NCBI GenBank assembly: GCA_018398765.1
Contig: JAHBMJ010000488.1
Span: forward strand, 62,001 to 126,000
Source of the DNA: Chromera velia
Taxonomy: Eukaryota
DNA length: 64,000 bases
Direction of reading: 5' to 3'
Shown: positions 13,881 through 27,400 of the stretch, in pieces
Layout of the letters: every line of letters begins with the position of its first letter
Numbering within the stretch: position 1 is the stretch's first letter
Made by a program: the position numbers and the translations under genes
The notes under the pieces: generated by a model
What the model was told of the DNA's origin: nothing
Seen by the model: the letters and a program-made list of their open reading frames with translations, nothing else
Database searches by the model: none

Positions 13881-16207
13881 GTGATTGCATTCTTTCGTCT
13901 GTATGCGCCTTCCTTCGTATCGTGCCTGCCTGCCTTTCAAGCTCGGAAGAAGTTTCTGTCTGGCTTTGCAAGAGACTTTTTCTTTCTGTTTGATCGATCG
14001 AGGGAAAGGAAGCACGGAACGCTCTGGGGTAGAAGAGGTGGAGTGGCTCAGCGAGAGAGGGAGAGAGAACGGCGCCTCGTCTCTGTGTGCGTGTTCATGA
14101 GACAGGACGAAGATATCGATGGTCGTCTGAGTGGATGGATGGGTGGATCCGTTTTTGAAAAGTCTGCCTGCCTGCCTGCCTGCCTGACCTGGCCGAAAGA
14201 CGAAAGAAAGAAGAGGGAAGACAACGGATGGGACGGAGAAGCGGAAGGAAGACTGCAGTTTGTGCATGATTTGACTGGGTTTTCTTATCTTCCTTCCTCA
14301 TTTCGAAGTCGAGAAGTCAATTTGTCCGTCCCTCGGGTCTCCCTTCACGTCGCTCCCCGTCCATTTCTCCCTCTGTTCCCGCTTGTGGCAGAACACTCAG
14401 ATTCACCCACAAGCGGGTAGCGAAGGGAAAGAAAGGACGGGGTTCGATCGATCATCGAGATAGGGGAAAGAATGGTTGCGGCAGGGGGTTGCGGCATAAC
14501 GGCCAAGGGAATAAGGGGGGAAGAAGAGAAAAATGCTGGGCTGGCGTGCGTAAGGTAGGGGAGGAGAAGAAAAAGAAAGATATGAGGACAAGAAATGCGA
14601 GGCGGGCGTGGCCAAGAGGGAAAAAAGGAAAGAGGGCATGAAGTATCGCGTGAGGTAAGGGCTCGACATCCTCCCCTCTCTTCTCTTCTCCGGCTGGATT
14701 CGAATTTCTTCCCAGTGGCTGGCACCCCACCCCTTAATTCCACCATCCATGGTTCAATCGGCCTCATCCACTGTCCGTGTCCTGGTTGGGAAGGAATCAC
14801 TGAAATAAAGCTGGTGGAGTGTTTGTATGCTTTACCGAAGGGCGGAATTCATTATCTGTCTGTGGTTTTGAGTCAATTTGTCCGTCGACATGCAACCAAA
14901 CCCTTTAATTTTCTTCTTGTACTTCTTCTGAGTGGACCGACCGATCGAGGGGGCTTTGGGTGTCCGATTCGGATTAACTTTTTTTTTGTTTTTTTCTTTT
15001 TTGTGTGTGTCGGATCGCTCTCCAAGTCTCTTCAGCATACTCTCTCTCTCTTCTACGTCGGATTCCAAAAAATGGGTCCGTCAGTTCGTGTGGTCTCGAT
15101 CGTCTCTCTCCTGCATGCGGTCTTCTTCATTTTGTTTTTTTGTTCTCACTTTTAGTCTCTGGCAGATGTGCAGGCAGGCAGAGAGAGCCTCATCGAATCG
15201 AGAGATGCAGAGGGAGATACGATCGAAAAGAGAGGAAAGAGAAGGAACGAAAGGCAGAGGTCCATGTGTCGGATCGACTCCGAGCTCCTCAACTGACTGA
15301 CTTACCGCTTTGGGTTGTGATCTTTTCAAGTTCTTGAAGTTTCTTCACCTTTGGATTGAACGAACTAACGCCTTTCTATGGATAATGAGGGACCGATGAA
15401 TCAATCGGATCTCCACCTTAGTAGCAACCGTTTTTGAATCTGGAAACGCTCTGTCTTTCTTTCATTCATTCTTTCTTTCTTCTTTCTTTTCTTTCATTCT
15501 TTTGCTCTCAAGTTGTCGAACAGATGTACGGCCGGCCTAGCGGCCGGCACGGCAGTGGGGCGGGAGCAAGTCTCAGAGCGAAGTCCGATCTAGCAAATTG
15601 CGACAGCAGATTTCACTTTGTTTGTCCAATTCATCCATTAATTGTGCAGGCGTATATCCATGCATGTGTGCGTTGCGAGTCTTGCTTCATGCATGCGTCA
15701 AAGCATCGAACGATGTGGTTGCTTGAGGTGCTTGTCCTTCTAGTTGCCAGTGCAGGGATTCTGGAGTGAGCCAGTGACGTCGGACTATCGTTGGACTTCG
15801 CATTGATGTGCATCTTCAAGATGGCATGCAAAGAGCATTTCGACGATGAAGACATGCAGACGCATTTGGCCAGCCGTGTCTTCTCGAAGTACGCAAAATT
15901 CATCACAAGTTCTTTATGAAATCGATCTTGTTATGGACGGTATCTATATAAATTAATATAATTGGACTTTATATTACTCTGTGTGTCTAGCTATGTTGAA
16001 CGTCTCCATTACTAACAAAAGGGTGAAAGGTATCTTACTACGATAGAATTTATGTTCCCAGTAGTTTTTTTAGGTTTACTATGAGGAAGTTATGAGGAAA
16101 TTTGTATAGAAATGGAATGAATAGTTTTCAGAATAGTTGTAAAACGAAGGTCCTAATATTTAATCTGACAATCTGCTTTACATGTTGTGATCTGCCGAAC
16201 GCTAGAG

Positions 16208-16292
16208 CTGCCGTTGCCGGGGGTGACCTCTACAAAACAAAACAGTGACTGAGCTTAAAGGCATCAATAAATCACTTATCACTTATCTCTTA
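16208..16292 (+). mobile_element. Probable 3' tail of a non-LTR retroelement (LINE/SINE), copy A
   Basis: CTGCCGTTGCCGGGGGTGACCTCTACAA...AAAGGCATCAATAAA followed by (TCACTTA)x2-3; homologous to 59902-60012. Confidence 0.55.
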
Positions 16293-17412
16293 AACCCTTA
16301 GCTAGACGCTTATTATGGGCCGCTGGGCGGCGCTGGCAATGACGTATGATCATGATGATAGATGATGACGATAATCACACTGACAGGCCTCTATGCCCCC
16401 CCAATTCACCAAATTATACACTATAATTTAATGAATATAAACTTGAAGTATGCTTTATAGTGAATATCACTAAATAACAAACAGACAACTCTAGAGGCAA
16501 CTTTCATTTATTTTGTAAATCATCTTTTTTACTTCATGAATTTTCATTGTTTTCATTTTCTGAAACCTCATCAGGAGACGAATCCACCTGGGATTCCACC
16601 GTGTCTCGGACCTACATGGGGCTGTGCATGTTGCTGCATGTGCAATACGAAAGTGTGTATGCTCAACCCCCTCCAGACGTCACGGCTTCTCAAACGTCCA
16701 CCTTCCTTCGTAATCTTTGCACACCTTTTAGTCCTGTGTCATGTCTCTTTTTTTTAAAATTCCTTCGATCACCGGATTTGCCGTTACAATCCCTTGCAGC
16801 TAGACGGATGGACATCCAATTTCGATCCTCCGCGAAGGAGAGAGGGATGCCTGAAAGAACTTGAAGAAAGAAAGTGCGGAGGAAATGACGGTAGGCGCCG
16901 CTACTAGGCGGGACGGCCTCTCCCTTCTCCTCGGTCTCTCTTTCACGTCCGTTGTCTCTTCTCTATTGTTTGACCTATCGATGCTTTCTCAATCAGCCGG
17001 CTGGAAGGAAGTGTTTTCGATTTTTTACTGGAGACGGCAAAAAGGCAGGCAGAAAGGCAGGCATCAGATCGGGTCTCTTGCTTGAAATGCGCTCAGGGAA
17101 GGAGAGCGGACTCACGCAGAAAGAGAAGGAGCAAGATTTGATCAAGGCGATTCTTATTTGTTTTTTCCGTCAACGGACAGAACAGAGGCAGAAACTGGAA
17201 ATAGAGAAGAAAACAGAACGAACCTAGCTTCCTCCCCACTGCCCCTGCTGTTGCCTGCATAGGCCTGTCCTAACTCCTCTCTTGACGCTGCCTTATGATT
17301 CATTTCATTTCATTTGCTTCCCTCCTCCCTCCCCTCGACTCATTCGTTGCAGAAGAGAACTCCTCCGATCCCCAGACAAGCCTTCACACCCACCCGCCCC
17401 GTCTCCTTCCCC

Positions 17413-20400
17413 TCAGCCTCCCTCTCCCTCTTTTTCTTTTTCTTCTTGGGGGGGGACAGGGGGAGCCTCCTGAGAGGACGACGACGCAGCCGCGGCGTCG
17501 GTCGACCCTCTGGCGCTCCCCCTCACATTTTCTTTTTCTGTTAAGGACATGTCTCCCCCTCCCCCCGCATCAACTGTCTGCGATTCTCCACCCGGATCCC
17601 CCTCCGCCCCCGGGGTGCTCTGTGCTGCTGCTGCTCCAGTTTCCCCTCCCCCTCCCCCCCCTCCCCCGAAGAAACTTCCAAAATACCCACTGGCTGCCGC
17701 GACATTCGATCTCGCAGCGTCTCCCGCTGCTGAGGAGATCATCCCGACAGCTGTCTCATTCAACCCCTTTGCCGTTTCGTTCAATCCTTCCTGTGCGTAT
17801 TTGAACATCTCACCCGCATTCTCTGCTGCCTTCTCTTGCAGGAGGGCTGCCTGCTGTTCAAGATACTGCCTCGCTATCTGCCCCTCTGCCACCGCCGTCT
17901 CTACCCACGGGTTGGCAACTGTCATCAACGCAGCCACCTGTGCCTCGCTCCTTTCAACGAAAAGGTCGGCATCATTCCCATCATCTATCAAATGCTGGGC
18001 CTGCAGCTTGGCTGCCTCGACTCGGAGGTTGGCTGAGTCAAGCCCTTCATCGAGCTCTTTGATTTGTTCTTGGAGCTTTTCTTTCTGCTCCGTCAGCACT
18101 GCGACCTCGCAGAAAGCCGCACGGAGGTCTGCTTCTGCGTTATCGGATGCATCTCGGAGGAAAAAAGCACGAACGAGAATCGTGTAAAGGGGGAAACCCA
18201 ATTGGGCATCGTCGGCTCTTTTTGCCCCTTTCATTAACGCAGTCGCGAGACCTTTACTGCTCAACGCCAGGTTCACAACTGTCAAAATGAAGGCAATGAG
18301 AATGGGCAGGAGACTGAGGAAAAAGAGAACGGCATAGAATTCAATGAAACCCCATAAATGCACAGCCTTGCAAGATTGAGCCCGGACAAACAGACTCAAA
18401 TTGATCGGCACACTCCAACCCCCCACAATGACAATGAAGATAGTCAGAAACCACGCCAGGGTGGTCAACCCAGTGCGCATCAAGAGATCGTACTCGTACA
18501 ATGTACGAAACAACCCGCCCAGCGTTCTGCCCCCCATCACCCCCTGAGCCTCGAGGGTTGATTTCACCCTGTGCGACAGGGTGCCTTCTGTCTTCTTCAC
18601 CGTCTCTGCAACCTTCCCGTAGATGCCCGAGATCTTCGCACAAATGATCAGACGGACAACCAACTCCAAAAACAAGAGGGCGGTCATCGTGAGAGCCCAC
18701 GGCCAACCGTACCTGCCAGGGGCATCAGGAAAAAGAAAATGAAAAAGATGAATAAAACAACTTACCGAAAGCCAGTCACAACTCACCTCTCTCTCTTTCT
18801 CTGCCTCTCTCTCACGCACACACTCACTCAGATATGACCAAAAAAAGACAGAAAGAAAGAAAGAAATGAACGAAAGAAAAAAAGAAGAAAAAACAAAAGA
18901 GGCAAACATGCACGCACACAAAAAAAATGAGCAAGCAAGACAGACTGACAGAAAGAAAGAAAAGGAAAAAAGAAACGAACGAACGAGCGAACGAAAGGAA
19001 GAAAGGAAGAAAAAAAAATGAAAGAAGAAAGGGGGGGCGGCAGTGGGGCGTGCGAATAGAAAGAAAGAGAAAGAGAAACAAGGGGCGTGGGATGATCCTT
19101 CCTTCCTGTCTCTTCCTTTCTCCTTCTCTTGTCTGCATTCGAATTCCTCTGTCGATTCTTGATGAATCCCTCTCCTGATCTCTGCTCAGTCCGATCCACA
19201 GCGTGCACCCTTTTCTATCTTGGTAACATATTTCTTTTCTGTCCCTTGTCGTTCCCCTGTCTGCCTGTGCTGTTTTTTGCCAATCGGCACCCCGTCTTTT
19301 GTCGTCTTGCCGTTCTCTTGTCTCCTTTTTTCTTCTTTTTTCTTTCTCCTTCCGGGATTCCCGTTGCCTGCTTCCCCCTCTGTCTCCTCTTCTCTGCATA
19401 GAATGACTGACGGACCTCCCAAAACAGGCAATCACAGATACCAATACGTAACTTGTCTATGGCCTCTCCCATGTAAAGCGTACAATTTTCCTTAAACCGA
19501 AAAAAAAAACCATACACAAAGACACACATTTACACCCAAAAGATAAAGCCAGCCGGACTGACGCACGCACGCACCTTCCACAAGGCTCTGCCCAGTCGAG
19601 CCAGGTGACAGTGGCCAGGCCGAGCATGAGGCAGATGACGATGACGAGGAAGATCTTGTTGGTGGTGTCTGTCATCCTCAGGAAGATGGGAGACGCCAGA
19701 GCGGCAATCATGAGGGTGACTGGAGGGGGACCTGGCTTAATCCCCTCCCCTCCCCCCAACAACTCGTCCACATATTTCTTTGCCTCTCGCCCGTCGACAC
19801 GCTTCCCTGCAACCACCTGCGCATCCACCAGAAGTTGACGGAATTCTCCCGACAACATCTCTCTGGTTGCTTCTTGGAGCTTCTTCCCTCTTTCAACGAG
19901 AAGCAACTCAAGGTGTTTGCGCTTTGCCAACAAGGGAGCCACAATCATGGCTGCCTCGTGGACTTTCTCCTGTGCCATCCTCTCCGTCTCCCTTGCAGCG
20001 GCGGCGGCGGCATCCGCGTCGGGGTCCTCCTCCACTTCTGGTGGGAGGGGGACGGGGGCCTCGGGGGGGGATACACCTACACCCTCTGCAGGCTCTCCCT
20101 CTCTTCCTTCTGCCTCGAGGGCCAGCCCTCCGGCCTCTCCTTCTCCTTCTCTCTCTCCCTCTTCCTTCTCAACCCCCTCTGCTTCTGCTGCTATCGCTGA
20201 TGCTTCTGTGTCCCCCCCTACCACCTCCTGTGTTTCCCCCGCTTTTGCCTTCTCTGCCTCAATCCTTTTTTCAACTTCAAGGAGCTCTTCTCTGAGAACT
20301 TCCATCCGTTGTGTCAGCTCTTCTTCTGACGCTTTGTGGGGGTCAAACTCCTTCGGCTTCCGTTTGAACACACAGAAACCGATGAGCACCCCTATGGTGA

Positions 20401-20668
20401 TCGCACATGAGATGGCCAAGAGGGCAAAAATGTGACGGTTATTGGGGCCGAAGATCATCTCAGGAGATCTGGGGTCTGCCTCTGCCTTCTGATTCTCCTT
20501 CTCATTCTGACGTAAGTCAAGGAGAATGCTCTGCTTGTGAGAGGGGCTGTGGGAGGGGAGGCGGGGACTCCACCCGTGGGCCCCCTGGCGAGACAACCGG
20601 GGCCGCACACGGACCCCGACCACCACAGCCAGGAGCAGAGCACCCAGGATCAGCCTTGGCATCGGCAT
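17413..20668 (-). CDS. Hypothetical secretory-pathway multi-pass membrane protein with acidic and coiled-coil regions, 2 exons
   Basis: Exon 1 20668-19575: signal-like MPMPRLILGALLLAVVVG, TM IFALLAISCAITIGVLIGFCVF, E-rich coil, further TM. Exon 2 18712-17413: several hydrophobic helices, then coiled coil and G/A-rich tail. Junction GGA AG|gtgcgt...ggcag|G TAC is in frame. No family recognised. Confidence 0.75.
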
Positions 20669-21874
20669 GAGGGCAGAACTCTTCGTCGCCGTGAAGGACA
20701 AAGCTCCTTTACCCTACCAGGCACAGGTTGGTATCAGGAAGATACACAGGCCCTGCTCGGGGATCCTGCATGGGTGTCTAGCACTTCTCTTCGGAGGGAT
20801 AAGCTTGTTACCAACAAAAGATGGTCATCGAACGAAATTTGTCAACACATCGTTCTTTGCCTTTCTGTGTGGTCGTCTTGCCGCGGGTCTCTCTCGTTCT
20901 GTTTTTGTGCGTACGTCAAGGACCCTGGCTAGACCCGTCAAGCCCTGCTGCTCTGCTTTCAGAATGTTTTAGCGACGCAATCCACTCCCCCGAAATCTGT
21001 ATGCAAATGTTTGAGCTACACAGGGGCGGAAGCGTTCCATGGCGATCGAGGCCTTTTGATGCCAGTCGCCTATAACTCCGGACGACGACTCTGGCCTTTT
21101 TCTTTGACTTTGTTTGTTGACAACAGACCTGTGTATCGGTCAAACAAATTTCGCGATCGCGCGCATGCATGCATGATCCTGCCAAGCAAAAATTTTGGCA
21201 TCGGGGCCGGCCCTTAATTACCGTGGCCCCCGGCCATGGTATCTGTTAAGGCCCTTAGCCGCACCTATGGAAAAAAAAAAGTCGAATTACCAATAAATCG
21301 GGTTACATTTGCCTTTCGGGACCCGCTTTCCGGCAACTGTATACAGCGCGTGGCGAACATGCATGCACCTTTTGTCTAACCTTGATGTATCAGTACATAT
21401 ATGTAAAAACACACATGGAAAAGAATTGTACGTAGCTAGATTCGATCATCTGTATAGTTTTCGAGGAAGGCGATAAAACACACCGTCTAAGTGAAACTGT
21501 TCTGAATTGCTCCGTTGTTTGACTATGCTACCAAGCTCAGTGGCAAGTTAAGACATGCCAACTTACAGAGTCAGGAGTAAGCCGCACCATGACTGAGTGC
21601 ACTTGACAAAGAGGAAAAACAGTTAATTTGATCTGCAGGAACCTCTTTTTGCCCGTCTTCTTTCTCTCTACTTGGCCTCTCTTATTGTTCTTCAGCACCT
21701 AGTTTTTCGACTTCCTTCTACCTCCACTTGAGGATTTGGGACGCAAAATAACGCAAAATACTGTCTATATATAGTGTGTATCGCTGTGGATCCTGTAGTA
21801 TTTGCTTTGAAATATTGTGGAGAGGCTCACCGCATATGGGTCTAGCGCTTGGTGAGTTCAAGAGGGAGAGATGT

Positions 21875-23230
21875 GAGCAGAAGCCATTTGGGCCTGTGGA
21901 TAAAGCTAGGTAAGTAAATCTATGAACAGAAGCCGTTTGGGGGTGTGGGTGAATGTTTGGGCATGTAGGTGCACAAGCACAGAAAGTGTGTGTGCAGTAA
22001 CAGAATCCGCTTAGGCCTGCAGATGGATGAATGAAGAGAGACAGAGAGAGCGAGCGTGTTTATGAGTATGTATGAGTTTGTGAACAGAAGCCGTTTGGGC
22101 GTGCGGGCAAGACAAGGAGAACAAATATGTGAACAGAAGCTACTTAGGCCCATGGATGAATGAAGAGAGATCAATTGTGTGTCATTGAAGAAAAGCCGCT
22201 TGGGTCGCTGGTTAGGCCTGTGGATGAATGAAGAGAGATCAACTGTGTGAACAGAAACATACAGAAGCTGCTTGGGCCTGTGGATGAGTGAAGAGAGACA
22301 GGGAGAACGAGTGTATGAACAGAAGCCGTTTAGGCGTGTGGGTGAATGAAGGGAGAAAAGGAGATACAAGGAGAGCGAGTGTGTAAATAGAAGCCGTTTG
22401 AGTGTGTGGGTGAATGAAGGGAGACAAGGAGATACAAGGAGAGCGAGTGTGTGAACAGAAGCCGCTTGGGCATGCAGGCAAAGAAAGAGAGATAAGGAGA
22501 ACGAGCATATAAATAGAAGTTAGGAACAGGAGCCGTTTGGGCCCATAGATGAATGAAGAGGGATCAATGGTGTGTTATTGAACAAAAGCCACTCGAGCCT
22601 ATGGCTAGGCCTGTGGATGAATGAAGAGATATCAAGTGCGTAAACAGAAGCCGCTTGGGCCTACTGATGAATTAAGAGAGACAGGGAGAGTGGGTGTGTG
22701 AACAGAAGCCGTTTGGGCATGTGGGTGAATGAAGAGAGACAAGGAGATACAAGGAGAGCGAGTGTGTGAATAGAAGCCGCTTGGGCCTCATGCAGTGAAT
22801 CAATGAAGAATAATGCTAGGAATAATGAAGAGAGACATGGAGAGCGAATGTGTAAACAGAAGCCGTTTTGGGTGTTACGACGGTGTGGGTGAATGAACAC
22901 AGGCAGGGAAAGCGAGTCTGTGAAGCGGTGTGAGCAGGCTAGGTGAAGAGGAGCCGTTTGGGCGTGTGGGTGAATGAAGAGGGATAAGAACTCGCATAAG
23001 CATAATGTTTGCATGGGCGTGTGGGTACCTGAATGAATAGAGACAGCCTGTCACTAGGAGAGAATGAGACTCAGTGTGTAAACAGAACTTCAAGCCGCTA
23101 GGGCCTGAAATAGAAATAAATGAAGAGAGACAAAGAGAGCGAGTGTGTGAACAAAAGCTGTTCGGGCGTATGGATGTGAGAGTATTAATAGAAGCCGTCA
23201 ACTTTGGGCATGTGGGGAAGTGATCGAAGA
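21875..23230. repeat. Diverged minisatellite array (~20 units, ~50-90 bp) with higher-order duplication
   Basis: Approximate consensus GTGAACAGAAGCCGTTTGGGCGTGTGGGTGAATGAAGAGAGACAAGGAGAGCGAGTGT. The block starting ~22148 recurs ~390 bp later, from ~22540. Confidence 0.85.
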
Positions 23231-24495
23231 CAGACAGGGAAAATGAGGGAGTAAGTGAGTGAGTAAGTGAGACAGTGAGTGAGTAAATGAGTGAAGAAAG
23301 CAAGAATGACTCAATGAGTCAGTGACTAAGTATGTTAGTGAGTGAGTAAGTGGGCACAGTCAACTACAGCAACTAATACAGCAAGCGTAGCAAGCATGTA
23401 GTTTTGGTCTTGTATAACGTTGTGTTCAAACATTTTATAGACTAGCTAAGACTAGCTCACAATCTCAGTCACAGATGATTTAAAAGAGCAAGTTGATAAT
23501 AGAAGGCGTATATAATGTTTGGCTACTACTAGAATGATCTATAAATGAAAGTAAATGAAAGATAATGAAAGAAACTTTAAGATTATAGCATGTGTGTCTA
23601 TATGTAAAAGACCTATATATATATTGACTCCATAAATAAAAAATAAAAATGTAAGTAGATTTAAGCGGGGAGCATTGTGATTTTTATTTTATATATTTTT
23701 TATTTTTTTTATATAAGCAAAAATAATTTGTTAAAGATTTATCAATAATGTGTTGGTGCGGTTACAATTTGATGATTGTGGTTTTTGTTATGCATGCCGC
23801 GTCCCCGTGTATGAGGGGTGGATCTAGCCTAGTCTGTTACAAGGTTCCGGTTCGTCCCATCTGTTCTAAATCTAGGAACACTGCTCATTGATCAATTTCA
23901 TTTTCTTTTTCACGCTTATTCACGTTAGCACCATGTGTTAGCGAAGTCCTTGTACGTCATTAATTTTCTTATTAGCAAACATATCTAATAGCAGAGCTCT
24001 TCTTATTTTTTCGATCTTCTCAATCGCCTTGAAGCCCGTCCAGCCGTCTCCGGCCCTCTGCGGCATTTACAGATACCGCGGCTACGCCTTTGCGCGGCCA
24101 ACAACCTATTGCATGTACCACGATTGAATGAGCGCACCTCTCACCCTATCTCACCCATGGGGGCCACGGCATGTCCCGTAGGGACATTACAATGTGCAAT
24201 ATTAGTTGTGCGAACTTTTACGGGCCGCAGAGACGGAGGTGAGTTGAACTGAGCTTAGTGAGGTTGTCCTTCACACTACATTCGCAATCAAGGGGAAGGG
24301 AAGGGTAACCACTGAGTGCAATTCTGTGACTCAAGACTGTGCTACTCCCACAGCTCTCCGCAGTGACGTGTGTTGTCATCAGAGTCCCGAAACCTGCGCA
24401 ACAAGAAACTTAATTGCTTCGGAAGACTTCATGGACATCTTTGTGTGCTCCTGCAACGGCTCGAGTCTTTTGAACGTTTAAAGCGGGGCCACTCT

Positions 24496-27400
24496 ATGAC
24501 GGCTCCTGCTGTGTTTGCCATGTCAAGATGGCTAGTTGTCTTTGGTTGTTTCATGTGTGCCGTTTGTGTGGGAGCAAGTAGACGGGAAGAGGAGACGGCG
24601 GAGACGGAGAATCCAGAGGCGCTGGCAGAGACGGGTAGAAGTGAACAACCACAACCTCTGGACGAAGACCTTGAGCTGTCCCTCAGCCTTCGTGCCAAGG
24701 CCGCAGAAACATTGGAGCCTGGCTCGATCATTGACGGGCGGTTTCGTCTGGTTGAAAAGATTCACGAGTTCGGGGCCTCCCGGCAATTCAAACAACTCCC
24801 TGACCCATTCGACCAATTACACAGCACGTAAGTCGATCAGCCAAGAGAAAAACTGGCTTTGCCTTCGATCAGATGGGTGTGTGGACTCTCCAAGAGTTCA
24901 TTCAGAATCCCACCGACACTCTCTGATCTTGAACGGAAGAGCGTAGCCTCTCCTTTCTGTCATCTCCAGCTGCGGACTGCTGAGCCTCTCTCATTTTAAG
25001 GCCCACAACACTAAGTTCCGCGCCCAATCACACCTTCTAGCCACCCTTTTCCCGTGGCTTTTACAGAGACGTCAGTACAGTGATGACAGAAACATTCGTG
25101 CTGCCTGCAGAGAAGAAGGCCAGTGGCCCCTATGGCCTGCCACCCTGGACTTGAAGGCTCTCCAAGAGAGAGGGAGAGGGTCTGCATCCTTCAACTACCC
25201 CCTCGCCTTCAGAAGAGACAACTACACACCCTATAAGAGACTGGGAAAGGGGGCGTTTGGGGAGGTCCGTCGGTCTGCCTGGAATGTTTGCAGTGGAGCG
25301 CCATGAGTTTGGATGGACTGTGAAGTTGTGAAGTAGTACGTGAGCTGGTGTAGGTCTGCCGTCGAGTTTTAGGCAGGGACTTCAGGGAAAGGGGGGGAGG
25401 AGGGTCCGGTTTCGGGTCTATCGGTCTGGAAAGGTTGCAATCTTCCCTTCTGTTTGGCTTCTTCCTGTCTGTTTTGTTTCGTTTAGGTTTGGCGTGCTGT
25501 GGCTCTGGACGGCGTCCATGGGTACAAGTTGGTGGTCCTGAAGCGGCTGTTGGTGGAAATTGGGGGGGAGAGGGTGCGGCTGTCTGGGGAAAGAGAGGTG
25601 AGGTTGGGCAGTAGGGGGGGAAGAGAAGAGTTTGAATGAGTAAGGGCGATGGATTGGCTGACTGACAGACTGACTGATAGAGAGATAGGGGGATATTGAT
25701 CGATGCATTGATTAATTGAATCTACATATTCTGTCTTTTGTCTTTTTTTGTTCGTCTGCTTCTCCCCCATTGCCTCTATCCTCGACTTTTCTTCCCTTTC
25801 TCCGTCTCATCATGACAGAGACGGGACGTCTGACAGAGCAGAGGGGACCTGTGTGTGTAACCTGACAGACAGGAGGAACAAAGAGGACAAGCCCGGTGGC
25901 TGTGTCCAGTCGTCTCCGTGCCCCCGCCAGGAAAGAGGAAAAAAAAGATGGAAGGAAAAATGGCTGCATAGAAGGAGCGTTCTGCCAGGCCTCTCGCGTT
26001 CCGTCTCAAATCAATCCTGTTGCCAATGACTATTTTTGTTCTCGTTCGTATTTGAAGTGAGAGTCAAACAACTATTCATTCTGATGAGTGGATGCATGGA
26101 TGGATGGATGCAGATCTACTTCGGCGAATTGTTCCGTGGTGCCCCTCACGTCTCTCGTTTTCTGGATTGGTTTGTGAAGCCGGCGAGTGGGCGTTCTTCA
26201 TGGGCAAATGGAAAAGAGAAGAATAAAAAGAAACGGGCAACGGGAAAGAAAACAAAAGGGATGTCAGGAAAGAAAAACCAGCAGGAGAACTCCACAGAAA
26301 ACTTGAGCCTCCAGAGAAGCGACGGTGGCTCGTGGATGAGGTGGATGCCTTCCTTCTCTTTCTCGTTCTCGTTCTCGTTCTCTTCTTTTCTGCCTGTTCC
26401 TTCCGTGCCCTCCCTCCCTGCACTGCCTTCCTTCCCTCGACTTCTTCAACTAGGCCCCTCGTTCTCCTCTTCCTCGGTGCCGGAGTCCATGCTCAGACTT
26501 CTGCCGTTCCGTGAGACCTTCACGGGGCTTGTGCCGGCACCTCTGAAAGCCTGGTGGAATCAACAGAGAGTTGTAAACGGCGGGCATGGGCAAATGATTG
26601 AGAGACGGAGTGGGTGGGCAGCTGAGCGAGAGGGGTGGGGGGCAAATTCAGAAGGCTCCCGAAAGCAAACACCTCCAGGAGACACAGGGTCCCCTTTCGA
26701 AGGGGAGGAGGATGATGACCTCTGGCTTGTGTTTGCTGATGAGGGCAATTCGTTGTATAATCAGATTTTCGTTGCAGAGGAAGCGAAGGGAGGGGCACTA
26801 AGCAGGTCTTCCTTCTGGTGGTCTCTGAAATCAAGTCCCTTCGGACAACAGGTCAGAGACAGACAGACAGAGTAGGGAGGACTCAGGATCAAATTCAATG
26901 CACTTCGCGATCTTCTGTGTTGTTTTCCCATTCAGGACTCTGTGCTGTCCTTTGAAATCCTCTCAGTAGTTGTTTCCAGTCCGTGTGCAGATGCACTGTC
27001 CTGAGTGCACGATGCTATAGCAAGGTGTATGCTCTTCAGTGGTCAAAGACTCTGGCCGTCTCGCCTGATTCAATTTGTTTGCTTCCCTTCCCTTTCCTCC
27101 CTTCCCTTCTGACGCACGCAGGTTTTCCGACAGATCGCCAGGCAGACACTTGAAGGACTCGCGCTCCTCCATTCGCGAAACGTAACGCACCGGGACGTGA
27201 AGCTGGCCAACCTGCTGATCTCCACACCAAAAGGACGCCTCTCGATTCGGCTGGCAGACTTCGGGTCTGCTGTGCAACGGACGAGAGAAGGGCCTGTCAA
27301 TTTACATGTGGCCTCCCTCTACGGACAGGTCTGCCTGCCTGCCTGCCCGCCTCTCCCACGCCCCTCCGCCCCTCCTACGTACCCCGAATCATCTGTACAC

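Noticed and set aside
15631..15906. ORF containing FAYFEKTRL, reminiscent of MULE transposase or a CCCH lead-in
   Set aside because: Similarity is limited to a few residues with no other supporting motif.
21875..23230. CRISPR-like array
   Set aside because: The between-motif segments are homologous to each other rather than unique spacers, the units are degenerate, there are no cas genes, and the context is eukaryotic.
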